From Macrostomum lignano (Eukaryota), in assembly GCA_002269645.1 (NCBI GenBank), contig NIVC01003588.1:1-64000 (forward strand): a stretch of 64,000 bases of DNA. The letters run 5' to 3'. Both the position numbers and the translations under genes were made by a program. This document shows, in pieces, positions 1 through 10,879 of this stretch. The notes below the pieces were generated by a model. The model was not told the DNA's origin, ran no database searches, and was given only the letters and a program-made list of their open reading frames with translations. Position 1 is the first letter of the stretch. The number at the start of each line of letters is the position of its first letter.

Positions 1-316
1 ATATAAGTCTGTACTAATCCTACTAGCATGACTGTGTTTAACTTGCCAGGGTAAAAAATTTTGCATGCCATTTAAGTAAGTATGGAATCAGATACTGCAG
101 TCATAATATCTGTTGTCAAAAAGTCTGTAGATGGGATTGTAATTAAAAGTTTTTTAAATTAAAATTCACGTTTCATACTACTAACTTGAATGGGATGTGC
201 GTATGTACGCTTGATTTTAGAGTTTTGATGTTTTATATGCATGCTAATGTACTTTAAAATTGTAGGAAAAAAGAAAATTTTCATGCTATAACAGTAGAAT
301 ATTATTATCTATGTAC

Positions 317-945
317 AAGTAGAACGACAGAGAGTAGAACAACAGAGAGTAGAACAGCAGAGAGTAGAACAGCAGAGAGTATAACAGCTGAGAGTAGAAC
401 AGCAGAGAGTAGAACAACTGAGAGTAGAACAGCAGAGAGTAGAACAGCTGAGAGTAGAGCAGCAGAGAGTAGAACAGCTGAGAGTAGAGCAGCTGAGAGT
501 AGAACAGCCGAGAGTGGAACAGCAGAGAGTAGAACAGTAGAGAGTAGAACAGCTGATAGTAGAACAGCTGAGAGTAGAACAGCAGAGAGTAGAACAGCAG
601 AGAGTAGAGCAGCTGAGAGTAGAACAGCCGAGAGTGGAACAGCAGAGAGTAGAACAGTAGAGAGTAGAACAGCTGATAGTAGAACAGCTGAGAGTAGAAC
701 AGCAGAGAGTAGAACAGCAGAGAGTAGAGCAGCTGAGAGTAGAACAGCCGAGAGTGGAACAGCAGAGAGTAGAACAGTAGAGAGTAGAACAGCTGATAGT
801 AGAACAGCTGAGAGTAGAACAGCAGAGAGTAGAACAGCAGAGAGTAGAACAGCTGATAGTAGAACAGCAGAGAGTAGAACAGCAGAGAGTAGAACAGCAG
901 AGAGTAGAACAGCTGATAGTAGAACAGTAGAGAGTAGAATAGCAT
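317..945. repeat. 15-bp minisatellite (AGAGTAGAACAGCAG / AGAGTAGAACAGCTG), ~40 copies
   Basis: Direct periodicity; explains ORFs 286..945 and 305..1054. Confidence 0.97.
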
Positions 946-1072
946 AACGGTAAAGCAGTAGGTGAAATACCATTACTGTAGTGATAATAAATTTCACTAA
1001 CCGCAAATGTTCCCTAGTCGTCATGGCAACCGCAAACCCATATGTCACTAACAAAAATTTATAAATCCGCAG

Positions 1073-1157
1073 CGCTCTCCGACCGGCGAGCTCCCAGCCT
1101 CAGTCCGCCAGCAGCATCGCTAGGCCGCATCCGCAGTCTGCCACCGCCGCTTTTAAG
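1073..1157 (+). CDS. Internal exon of unidentified Ser/Pro-rich protein (ALRPASSQPQSASSIARPHPQSATAAFK)
   Basis: Acceptor ccgcAG at 1071-72, donor GTAGGC at 1158; GC-rich island; ends in phase 0, matching the exon at 1356. Confidence 0.6.
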
Positions 1158-1355
1158 GTAGGCAGTTTCTTCTGTTGCTTTTTTGTTGTGGTTATTGTTG
1201 TTGTTTCTGTTGCTTGCTGTTACAATGGCTATGGAAACTTTTACTCATTTTATTTATCTTTAGCTATAGTTGCATCTGTATCTCTGTCAATCTTATCGAA
1301 CAGCTGCATTGATTTCTTAATCCCCATATGGATAATCCCACTCTCGCGTGCCCAG

Positions 1356-1541
1356 TTTGATGCCTGGTCCCCGACCCCAGTCCCTGCCGCCGCTGCCGAA
1401 GCTGCGAAGCTCAACGCCGATTCGCAGTCTTCTGGCGGCAGCGACTCCGACTCTGACAACGACAACGAAGACGTTGCTGCTGTTGATGGCAATGAAGCTT
1501 CATCGACAGCAACTTCGTCGAGGTCCTCCGCTGCAGCTGAG
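1356..1541 (+). CDS. Exon of same gene (FDAWSPTP...DSDSDNDNED...AAAE), acidic/Ser-rich
   Basis: Acceptor gcccAG at 1354-55, phase 0; frame of ORF 1188..1577; 3' end uncertain (mini-intron or 1-nt frameshift). Confidence 0.55.
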
Positions 1542-1588
1542 GTCTCTACCCGATGTCGCCTTCAATGTCGCCACTGAGACCGACGCAG

Positions 1589-1858
1589 CAGCCGCAGCCG
1601 CCGCCTGTAGCTCCGCGTCGAGGCTCGGGCATCCGGCCGCCGGCTCCCGTGCCCGGATTTGTCGCCAAGCAGCCAGCCTCGCCGCCTCCGAGCGTCGTTG
1701 CAACGACCCCAGCCGCGGCGGCCGCCGCTGGATCGCGAATCCCCATCGCCGCTCAGCCGGCAATCGTCGGCGCCGTCGGCGGCGCCAAGTCGTCCGGTGG
1801 TGGAAATGGCAGCGTCGGCCGACCGTCGGGCATCCCGACGCCTGTGCAGTTTCAACTG
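1589..1858 (+). CDS. Pro/Ser-rich exon with SxIP motifs (SRIP, SGIP)
   Basis: Frame of ORF 1553..1870; phase-0 donor GTGCGT at 1859; 5' boundary uncertain (could begin near 1542 if frameshift). Confidence 0.55.
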
Positions 1859-2004
1859 GTGCGTGGCTGACGTCGGTTATTTGCATTGCCAACGGTCCTT
1901 GGGTTTGGGTTCGAGTCTGCTTTTCGTACAATTCATTGCCCGAGGGCCAATCTTTATGGCATAGAGTGTACACGCTGCTTGACGATGATACATTCAGGTA
2001 CAGC

Positions 2005-2495
2005 CTGTGTGAGCGTGTACACCTTGTGTGAGCGTGTTCACCCTGTGTGAGTTTGTACACATTGTGTGAGCATTTACACTCTGTACACCCTCTGTGAGTT
2101 TGTACACCTTCTGTGAGTTTGTACACCCTGTGTGAGTTTGTACACCCTGTGTGAGTTTGTACACCCTGTGTGAGTTTGTACACCCTGTGTGAGTTTGTAC
2201 ACCCTGTGTGAGTTTGTACACCCTGTGTGAGTTTGTACACCCTGTGTGAGTTTGTACACCCTGTGTGAGTTTGTACACCTTCTGTGAGTTTGTACACCCT
2301 CTGTGAGTTTGTACACCCTGTGTGAGTTTGTACACCTTCTGTGAGTTTGTACACCCTCTGTGAGTTTGTACACCCTGTGTGAGTTTGTACACCCTCTGTG
2401 AGTTTGTACACCCTCTGTGAGTTTGTACACCCTGTGTGAGTTTGTACACCGTGTGTGAGCATTTACACTCTATGCACCCTGTCTGAGCGTGTACC
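2005..2495. repeat. 19-bp minisatellite (ACACCCTGTGTGAGTTTGT)
   Basis: 19-bp period; unit matches the core of the dispersed repeat at 3348, 8062 and 47606. Confidence 0.95.
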
Positions 2496-3217
2496 TAAGT
2501 AACGTATCTGTGTTTGTGTGCGTCTGCGTGCTCTGGGTTTAGCTGAATGAGCACGACCGCTTGCCTCCATGGGGGTTCGATACAGAGTCGTGCTTGGCAT
2601 TGTTGAGCTACCCCATGGACATCTCGAGCTAGAGATCTGGAAAGAAGTTTGTAAAAAAATGGGCTGGTCTCACATAGTATGGGAGATAAACTACTAACAA
2701 GTAGTTGTTCTAGCGTTATACATTATTAGAAGTGAGGTCCTTCTAGGTGAGGTCCTTCTAGTTGAGGTCCTTAATCGTTCAAAATAAAACTTGTAATGGT
2801 TCACATGACCAAGAGTCTTACCCCTGATGTAAGCCTTGCCTGTATGTGTGTTTGTTACTACCAATAGCAGTGCATGTAATTTCAGAAACTGTAACCTTGT
2901 CAGTTCAGCTTGCTTCACTAAAAGGTAACGCAGAGAAGTCAACCAGTTAGAGGCGTCTGCAATTAATCAATATTAATCCGAGTCGAAATTAATTCCTGCT
3001 TGATCTCTACAGCTACGAGCGTAAAGCGCAAAATCTAAAATCCAAAAATTGACATTTTGCATCTTCTTAAAAACACAATCTTTGATTTCTTTGACAGCTA
3101 GCAGCTTTTTGTGCAGTGTTTCTGTTGCACCATTTCATTGTTCTCTTTACTATTTTACTCTTTTGGTGTTGTGCTTTTGTTAATAAACTGCAATGTTGGT
3201 TTTCTATTTCGACTGGG

Positions 3218-3293
3218 GAGGCCGTAGCCCAGTGGTCGAAAAGTGCGGCGCTCTGATGTGCCAGCGGCCCAGGCTCGATTCCAAGTGCAGTCA
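3218..3293 (+). mobile_element. Degenerate tRNA-like (Pol III A-box/B-box) segment, candidate SINE head
   Basis: A-box-like TAGCCCAGTGG and B-box-like GGCTCGATTCC at tRNA-like spacing; acceptor stem does not pair cleanly. Confidence 0.45.
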
Positions 3294-3347
3294 CATTAAT
3301 TTGGGGCTAAATTGGGATCTCGGCTTGGCTCTGCTCGTGCAATTAAC

Positions 3348-3560
3348 GGCCCTGAGGGCCAACTCCAAGGCACAGTGAAGTGTACATGCCTAACGATAAT
3401 ATAAAGTTAGGGCCGCTGTACACTCCTGTGTGAGTGTGTGCCTGTGCGTATGACTGCGTACGTATCCGCGCGCTTGTGTGCCTGCTCAGGGGAGTCGGCG
3501 GAATGGGCAGCAATGCCTCTCGCCGGTTGTGTGACAAATGTCGCTCAAAGTGCGCCAGGG
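3348..3560 (+). mobile_element. Dispersed repeat copy A (GGCC..AGGGCCA..CCAAGGCACAG..GTGTACATGCCT.ACGAT..AGGGCCGCTGTACAC.CCTGTGTGAG..TGCTCAGG)
   Basis: Aligns by eye with 8062-8189 (-) and 47606-47745 (+). Confidence 0.7.
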
Positions 3561-3599
3561 GACATAGGTCATGACACTGACACAGGCTGACACGAGCCA

Positions 3600-3942
3600 T
3601 GACATAGGCCATGAGACAGGCTATGACACATGGTATGACACACAGGGTATGACTGGGTATGACACAGGGTATGACACAGGGTATGACACAGGCTATGACA
3701 CAGGGTATGACACAGGATATGACACAGGGTATGATACAGGGTATGATACAGGGTATGACACAGGGTATGACACACAGGGTATGACAAAAGGGTATGACAC
3801 AGGGTATGACACAGGGTATGACACAGGGTATGACACAGGGTATGACACAGGGTATGACACAGGGTATGACACAGGGTATGACACAGGCTGACACAGGGTA
3901 TGACACAGGCTGACACAGGCTGACACAGGGTATGACACAGGC
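3600..3942. repeat. 12-bp minisatellite (TGACACAGGGTA)
   Basis: Direct periodicity; source of the GYDT/CHTL/VIPC ORFs. Confidence 0.95.
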
Positions 3943-4127
3943 TAGGACAATGATCCAGTGCGGTTGTTTGCAGTTATGATTCAATTACTCGTATATATTA
4001 TTATTGTCAGTAAAACCTCTACTCGTAATTAAAGTTGAAACTATAAGTTGCAAACCTATATATAATTAATGTTTTTCTTCACCGAATTCTTAAAAAGATC
4101 CCTTCATCCTCTCCCATGGTTTTCCAG

Positions 4128-4319
4128 CAGCCGCAGCAGCAGCCGCAGCAGCAGCCGCACTCCCAGACATCGTCAGCCAATCGGCACAAGGTCAACCGTC
4201 GAGCTGGGCGGCCCATCGTTGCTACTAACAGTAGTGCTATTAGTAGCAGTAGTAGTAGCTACAGTAGTCAACCGCATTACGCGTCAAGTAGGCCCGTTCG
4301 TTTGAGTACCCTTTTGTAG
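4128..4319 (+). CDS. Probable terminal exon of the Ser/Pro-rich gene (QPQQQPQQQPH...RPVRLSTLL*)
   Basis: Acceptor ttttccAG at 4126-27; phase 0 matches the donor at 1859; ends in S-T-L-L, a class I PDZ-type motif. Confidence 0.5.
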   Translation, partial: QPQQQPQQQPHSQTSSANRHKVNRRAGRPIVATNSSAISSSSSSYSSQPHYASSRPVRLSTLL

Positions 4320-4479
4320 CAACTGACTCACCACCTCATGTTTCTGTCGAGGGTCGAGGGTCAATTTCTCTTGATTGTCATTAAAATAGCGTAGAGTTTT
4401 TGGTCTAATTTTGAATTTTTTGAGTTTAAAACAGCTTTGGTATTCTTCAATATTTTTTTAGATAATTCACTTAGTTTTG

Positions 4480-5525
4480 GGGTTATTCACTTAGGTTTGA
4501 GATCGTTCACTTAGGCTTGGGATCATTCACTTAGGCTTGGGTTATTCACTTAGGTTTGGGATCGTTCACTTAGGCTTGGGATCATTCACTTAGGCTTGGG
4601 TTATTCACTTAGGTTTAGGATCGTTCACTTAGGCTTGGGATCATTCACTTAGGCTTGGGTTATTCACTTAGGTTTGGGATCATTCATTTAGGCTTGGGTT
4701 ATTCACTTAGGTTTGGGATCGTTCACTTGAGCTTGAGATCATTCACTTAGGTTTGTGATCATTCACTTAGGCTTGAGATCATTCACTTAGGCTTGGGTTA
4801 TTCACTTAGGTTTGGGATCGTTCACTTAGGCTTGGGATCATTCACTTAGGCTTGGGTTATTCACTTAGGTTTGGGATCGTTCATTTAGGCTTGGGATCGT
4901 TCACTTAGGCTTGAGATCATTCACTTAGGCTTGGGTTATTCACTTAGGTTTGGGATCATTCATTTAGGCTTGAGATCATTCACTTAGGCTTGGGTTATTC
5001 ACTTAGGTTTGGGATCATTCATTTAGGCTTGGGTTATTCACTTAGGTTTGGGATCGTTCACTTAGGCTTGGGATCATTCACTTAGGCTTGGGTTATTCAC
5101 TTAGGTTTGGGATCGTTCACTTAGGCTTGGGATCATTCACTTAGGCTTGGGTTATTCACTTAGGTTTGGGATCGTTCACTTAGGCTTGGGATCGTTCACT
5201 TAGGCTTGAGATCATTCACTTAGGCTTGGGTTATTCACTTAGGTTTGGGATCATTCACTTAGGCTTGGGTTATTCACTTAGGTTTGGGATCATTCACTTG
5301 AGCTTGAGATCATTCACTTAGGTTTGTGATCATTCACTTAGGCTTGAGATCATTCACTTAGGTTTGGGATCATTCACTTAGGTTTGGGATCATTCACTTG
5401 AGCTTGAGATCATTCACTTAGGTTTGTGATCATTCACTTAGGCTTGAGATCATTCACTTAGGTTTGGGATCATTCACTTAGGCTTGAGATCATTCACTTA
5501 GGCTTGGGATCATTCACTTAGTATT
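4480..5525. repeat. 20-bp minisatellite (TTCACTTAGGCTTGGGATCA variants), ~50 copies
   Basis: Direct periodicity. Confidence 0.97.
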
Positions 5526-6399
5526 TTGTGATGCTTGAATAACTTTACAGATCATTCACAGAGTTATTCTACATTTGCTAACCATTATTCGGATAAAGAA
5601 TGATTCGGATAAATTGTCTCTAATAAGTATTACTTTCGCTAGTTTAGTTGTAAATTTTGCGACAAAAACTAATTTATGTTTTGTACTAAACTATTTATCG
5701 CGTATTACTTTTGTCACTAAAATGATTATGATTTATTTTAATCACACATTCCCTATTGGCTGTGCTAGCTGCGAATGGTGTACGGTAGGCCAGCCCGTGT
5801 TTACACATTAAATTGTGATTCGAAGTCATGTATTTATTTCAGTTTTATAATTATATGTGTACTGTTTTACTATTTAAAATCTGGTACACGCTTTTATTAT
5901 AAAAATATTCATAATTGTTTTATTTACTCGCATTGGCGCCTACTTAACGCGAGTTATTATATTAGTAGTCTATTGAGGATTGCGTGTGATGATTTCTAGT
6001 GGACATTCAATACACATTCAATCTTTGCACTAACTGTTTTTTGTCGCATTGATCTGCGGGGGGATGTTCGGGGGGCCCAATGTATTACTGACCTAAGCCT
6101 AAGCTAAGCAATCCAACTATATACTAAATATTGATTGTGTAAAACATATTTCTGTTAGCCCAGATATCAACATACTTTCATCTACTATGAGTAATGTGCA
6201 GTGTGTAGCTACCCAGCTTTCCCGTCGCTTCCATGACAAACCTGCAGTCTTTGTTTATTGTCCTATATTCTGTTTATAATTGTCTAAGAATATTCATGCG
6301 TATTGCCTTTGTAGTTTTTGTTCGTAAGTTTTTTTAAATAACGGAGTAAATATTACAGAAAATATTGCAAACTTAATCAACAAATGAAGCTGTCCTAAC

Positions 6400-6850
6400 C
6401 ACAGATGCTAGGATAACCGGATGGGCCACTCAGCAAATTTGCATGTAAGCTACTTTCAGCTCAGTAGTAAGTAGTTAAACAGAAGCATTTTAATGTATTT
6501 TTAAAGCCAAAGCTCATTTATTGGCTCTTACCGCAAGCTTAAACCTTCCAACCGTGCCTTTCCACACTACCCCCCTCGCCCCGCTCCAATTTTTATTGCC
6601 TTTCTCGGAATTCCAGCCTAAAGCTGCCATGTACATTTCAGTGGACTGGCTAATGTACATTATTGCTGAACCAATTAGCAAGCTGTTTACGCCTGCAAGC
6701 TTGGGCTTCTAAACTTATCAAAGTCGTTTCAGTTGGCTTTATTTTTATAAAATAGCTTATGTATTCTTCTTTGCTACTGAACTGAAAGTAGAAAGCTGTT
6801 TACTAAGTATTTATGCCTGAGTGGCCCATCTAGTTATTCTTGTATCTGTG
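6400..6850. mobile_element. MITE-like element with imperfect inverted termini (CACAGAT..AG.ATAAC..GATGGGCCACTCAG ... CTACTTTCAG.TCAGTAG)
   Basis: The left end matches the reverse complement of the right end in two blocks; the GAGTGGCCCATCTAG end recurs near 9165. Confidence 0.55.
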
Positions 6851-7344
6851 ATCCAACTAAACTGTGTTATTAAATGCATAGGTAGTATACGAACTAGATG
6901 TGTCACCTAAATACTTAATATATAGTGTTTTAATATACTTGCAAATAAATTTGAATTGTCATTTTCTCAAAATACTACTGCACAGCTGCTGTACACAGGT
7001 GACATATCTAGGGTATTATGTACTATCTATGATTTATTACGTATGAATTCAGTAATTCGACATGTATTCCGCGCATTCCAAGTCTTTTATAACATTTTGA
7101 ACTAAGTTACATTCCAATTCCAAATGGAACTATTGATGAGTTTTCATTAGTATGAATGCACTTGATTACCTGGAATAACTAATAACTAATCAGATTGCAT
7201 TAGTTCGATAGGGCTGACTTGTTTTTAACACAGATTTTTAATTAAAAAGTAAAAATACACATTTATTGCGATTCGTACAAATATTGACTTTGCACTCTTT
7301 TGACTAGTTGTGCGACAACTGTTGAAAGTCGGAGTTTTGGGTTC

Positions 7345-8052
7345 CATTGTCAGAGTTAAGTCATTTCTGTGTTCCATTGTCAGAGTTGAGTCATTTCTGT
7401 GTTCTATTGTCAGAGTTGAGTCATTTCTGTGTTCTATTGTCAGAGTTGAGAGTCATTTCTGTGTTCCATTGTCAGAGTTGAGTCATTTCTGTGTTCCATT
7501 GTCAGAGTTGAGTCATTTCAGTGTTCCATTGTCACAGTTGAGTCATTTCAGTGTTTCATTGTCAGAGTTGAGTCATTTCTGTGTTCCATTGTCTGAGTTG
7601 AGTCATTTCAGTGTTTCATTGTCAGAGTTGAGTCATTTCAGTGTTCCATTGTCACAGTTGAGTCATTTCAGTGTTTCATTGTCAGAGTTGAGTCATTTCT
7701 GTGTTCCATTGTCTGAGTTGAGTCATTTCAGTGTTCCATTGTCTGAGTTGAGTCATTTCTGTGTTCCATTGTCAGAGTTGAGTCATTTCAGTGTTCCATT
7801 GTCTGAGTTGAGTCATTTCAGTGTTTCATTGTCAGAGTTGAGTCATTTCTGTGTTCCATTGTCACAGTTGAGTCATTTCAGTGTTCCATTGTCTGAGTTG
7901 AGTCATTTCAGTGTTTCATTGTCACAGTTGAGTCATTTCAGTGTTCCATTGTCTGAGTTGAGTCATTTCAGTGTTTCATTGTCAGAGTTGAGTCATTTCA
8001 GTGTTCCATTGTCTGAGTTGAGTCATTTCAGTGTTTCATTGTCAGAGTTGAG
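7345..8052. repeat. 30-bp minisatellite (TGTCAGAGTTGAGTCATTTCTGTGTTCCAT), ~23 copies
   Basis: Direct periodicity; source of ORF 7310..8071. Confidence 0.97.
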
Positions 8053-8061
8053 ACATGTCAC

Positions 8062-8189
8062 TCTCACCTGACCCCTGAGCACGCACTTGGATAGTGTACG
8101 CAAGCATGCATTTATAAACACGATCACACAGGGTGTACAGCGGCCCTGATTACTCATCGTCAGGCATGTACATGTACACCCTTTGTGCC
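8062..8189 (-). mobile_element. Dispersed repeat copy B
   Basis: Reverse complement reads GGCACAAAGGGTGTACATG..CATGCCTGACGAT..TCAGGGCCGCTGTACACCCTGTGTGA..TGCTCAGGGG, matching copies A and C. Confidence 0.7.
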
Positions 8190-8600
8190 AATTGGTGTTT
8201 GACCCTCATTGGTGTGAATTGCACGACAAACCCCTAGATCAATTTCCGTGCACACCAGCCCCAATGTTAATTTCACCTTGCTAATATGTTATAATACCCA
8301 GGGGGTACTTTGGCGCTGATCTGCCCTGCCCCCTCAAAAGCAGCCCTAAAAGTACATTGTAGTGTCAGTTTTAGATTTTCCACTTTCCTGCCCTCTAGAA
8401 AGTTAAGTGTAGGATAAACTTTCTAAACAAGAAAACGCTTCTGTCAGCTGAAAAACAGCAAATTATTTGTAACGCTTTTTCTTGAAGCAAAATCTGCAAC
8501 ATTAGGGTAGGAATTTCTTCCAGGCTTGAAGAGTTAAGGATAAATCTTCCCATACCGGCATCTGGGAAGAGCCGCGAGAACGGAAAGGGTCAGCGGGATC

Positions 8601-8669
8601 CGATTGGCTGAGGGCAGGGTTGCAACCCACAGCCCCAGAGTGCGGCTGTGTCGGATACATACATCAGTC
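8601..8669 (+). promoter_or_regulatory. Candidate core promoter of the MLCK-like gene
   Basis: Inverted CCAAT (ATTGG, 8603-07) ~60 bp upstream of an Inr-like TCAGTC (8664-69), which lies ~90 bp before the ATG at 8757. Confidence 0.35.
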
Positions 8670-8756
8670 ACTGCACAGAGTCTGCAACCCAGCAGCTTCT
8701 AGCAGCTAAGAGTGGAATTCTTGTTTTGAATCGAAGCATCCCAGCTCAATGCCAGC

Positions 8757-8811
8757 ATGTTCAAGCGGGTATTCCAGCGATCGCGCAGGGTTAAGGATGA
8801 GGCGGAGTCGG
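8757..8811 (+). CDS. MYLK: MLCK-family kinase exon 1 (MFKRVFQRSRRVKDEAES)
   Basis: ATG at 8757, consensus donor GTGAGT at 8812; phase 1 (g+ac = Asp) joins exon 2. Confidence 0.75.
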
Positions 8812-9048
8812 GTGAGTAATGCGACGTCGTTGAAGCAATTAATGTCCTTGTCCATGGGTACGTCGATATTAAACATTGGTTGCTAGCTCGATTTTCGGCG
8901 AAAGCTTGCCTCCCTTTGCCGATATTTTCCATTTTGAAGCAATGAAATTTGCTCATTTCTAAACAAGTCAGATGTAGCTTATAAGGATGGATATACACTA
9001 CCTGGATCGCAGATTCTATACATGTCACTCTATACTATACAGGCCCCA

Positions 9049-9154
9049 AAAACCCCGGGGTTAAGGCCATAGACACCAGCTGCTGCTGCTGCTAATTTAG
9101 CTCGTACTTGAGAGCAGCAGCATCTACAGTCTATGGCCTGAAACCCGAGGTTTT
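9049..9154. mobile_element. ~106-bp fold-back element (AAAACC.CGGG.TT..AGGCCATAGAC ... GTCTATGGCC) in MLCK intron 1
   Basis: ~26-bp imperfect inverted termini plus internal TGCTGCTGCT/AGCAGCAGCA pairing. Confidence 0.6.
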
Positions 9155-9291
9155 CGCGCTGCGGCTAGAGTGGCCCATCTAGGTAACATAGTCTCTAACC
9201 TAGATCGCTTGGTAGCATCCTTGCTACTTCAGTTGTCATGGTTCATTGTTTCTACATTGCTAAATTACTCTGCGTGACTCATTTCTACCAG

Positions 9292-9388
9292 ACGATGACA
9301 CTGACCCCATGGTGCTGAAGAAAAAGGTCGAAGTGAAAGAGAACTCCAAAGTCGAAACGGATTATACAATTCACGAGGTGATTGGCAG
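9292..9388 (+). CDS. MYLK: MLCK-family kinase exon 2 (DDTDPMVLKKKVEVKENSKVETDYTIHEVIG)
   Basis: AG/GT boundaries; joins exon 3 to form the GSGRFGEV glycine-rich loop. Confidence 0.9.
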
Positions 9389-9589
9389 GTAATCTGAGGG
9401 GCTGTTGAGCTTTGATAATTTTTGACGACTGTTAGATACCACCGGATTACCCAAAAACACTGGGTGCACTAAAATCCCATCTAGTAGTACCTCAATTTAT
9501 ACTCATCACTTCGATAAACCCAACACCTAAAAACTAGCTAAACAACACTAAAATACTCGTATAGTACAATTTAATCAAGAAATATCGGC

Positions 9590-10010
9590 CACCCCAGTAA
9601 CACCAAACACCCCAAAAACCACCCCAAAAACACTCATCACCTCAAATAAAACCCACCATCCGAAATTAAATCCACCACCCCAAAAAAGCCACACCCCAAA
9701 CAAAACCCACCACCCCAAAATAGCCCACCACCCCAAATAAAACCCACCACCCCAAATGAAACCCACCACTCCCAAAAAACCCACCACCCCAAATAAAACC
9801 CACCACCCCAAATGAAACCCACCACTCCCAAAAAACCCACCACCCCAAATAAAACCCACCACCCCAAATGAAACCCACCACCCCCAAAAAACCCACCACC
9901 CCAAATAAAACCTACCACTCCAAATAAGACCCATCACCCCAAATAAAACCAAGCACCCCCAAAACCCCCACCCCAAAATGAAACCCATCAATAAAAAAAC
10001 CCCAACACTT
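9590..10010. repeat. ~19-20-bp A/C-rich minisatellite (AAAACCCACCACCCCAAAT) in intron 2
   Basis: Periodic; source of the GGGF/WWV ORFs. Confidence 0.92.
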
Positions 10011-10071
10011 CAGCAACCGTCGCCCCCTTCCAATGAGGCAGCATCGCCAAACCTTGCCCGCCTTCCCGCAG

Positions 10072-10275
10072 CGGTCGCTTCGGCGAAGTGTGCAGGTGCA
10101 CCGAGAAGGCCACCTCGAAGCAGTTCGCCGCCAAATACCTGAAGGCTGGCACCGAGGACGAACGCGAGAGCGTGGCCAACGAGATCACCATCATGAAGAG
10201 GCTGAAGCATCCCCGACTGCTGCAGCTTTACGACGCGTACTTATTCAAAGATGAATACGTTCTCATCGTTGAGCT
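10072..10275 (+). CDS. MYLK: MLCK-family kinase exon 3 (GRFGEVCRC..FAAKYLK..VANEITIMKRLKHPRLLQLYDAY..VEL)
   Basis: Kinase subdomains I-V with the catalytic Lys (AAK) and helix-C Glu; GT-AG boundaries. Confidence 0.96.
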
Positions 10276-10502
10276 GTGAGTAGCTTGCCAGATTCTTGTT
10301 CCTCGTCAGCCATTCAACCAACCTTCGGGATCTTCAGCAGTGAAGGAGACCCATGTTCTGAAACTCAATTTCAATACTTTCCTTAATTCGTTTTGGGGGT
10401 TGTCGAAAGTCAAGTGCCCTCATGGGAGAAAAGTCCCTAAAGCCGCTCTGCCCTTTTAAGGGACCTTTTATAATACCTTTTATAATACCTTTTATAATAC
10501 AG

Positions 10503-10644
10503 CATCACAGGCGGCGAGCTCTTCGATCGGGTGATTGACGAGAATTTCGATCTGACCGAGTCCAAGTGCGAGAAATTTATGACCGAGATTTGCGAGGGCA
10601 TCGAGTACATTCACTCGCAAAATGTGCTGCATCTCGATCTCAAG
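10503..10644 (+). CDS. MYLK: MLCK-family kinase exon 4 (ITGGELFDRVIDENFDLTE..ICEGIEYIHSQNVLHLDLK)
   Basis: GGELFDR and HLDLK motifs typical of the MLCK/titin-kinase family. Confidence 0.97.
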
Positions 10645-10879
10645 GTTGGAGCGCCGTGAAGTTTCACTTGAAGTCTTCGGTTATTAGTGACTGCTGTTGT
10701 AGTGAAATTGGCGTTTGTAAGACTGATATAAGGTATCTATTGGATCTAGATAGTAGATAGGATTAGCAGATGGATTATCTACCAGATATAGATGGATTAG
10801 TAGATACTTCGTAGATTAGCTAAAAGATTTAGACGGAGTATTAATCGAATATAGATATGAATAGGTAATTTGCAGGATT

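Noticed and set aside
286-1054. 219- and 249-aa ORFs (FYSLL / AVLLS)
   Set aside because: Stop-free frames of a 15-bp minisatellite; the same applies to ORFs at 1994-2462, 3343-3984, 7310, 9575, 11684-12401, 21302-22344, 22392-23478, 46579-47268, 54078-55669, 56412-57227 and 62778-63363.
4116-4287. MVFQQPQ.. as the first exon of the MLCK gene
   Set aside because: 8757-8811 has a consensus GTGAGT donor, the right phase and promoter motifs; 4128-4319 fits better as the last exon of gene 1.
3408-8148. 4.7-kb transposon bounded by inverted copies A and B
   Set aside because: Homology extends beyond the supposed termini, no TSD, and the interval contains a host terminal exon.
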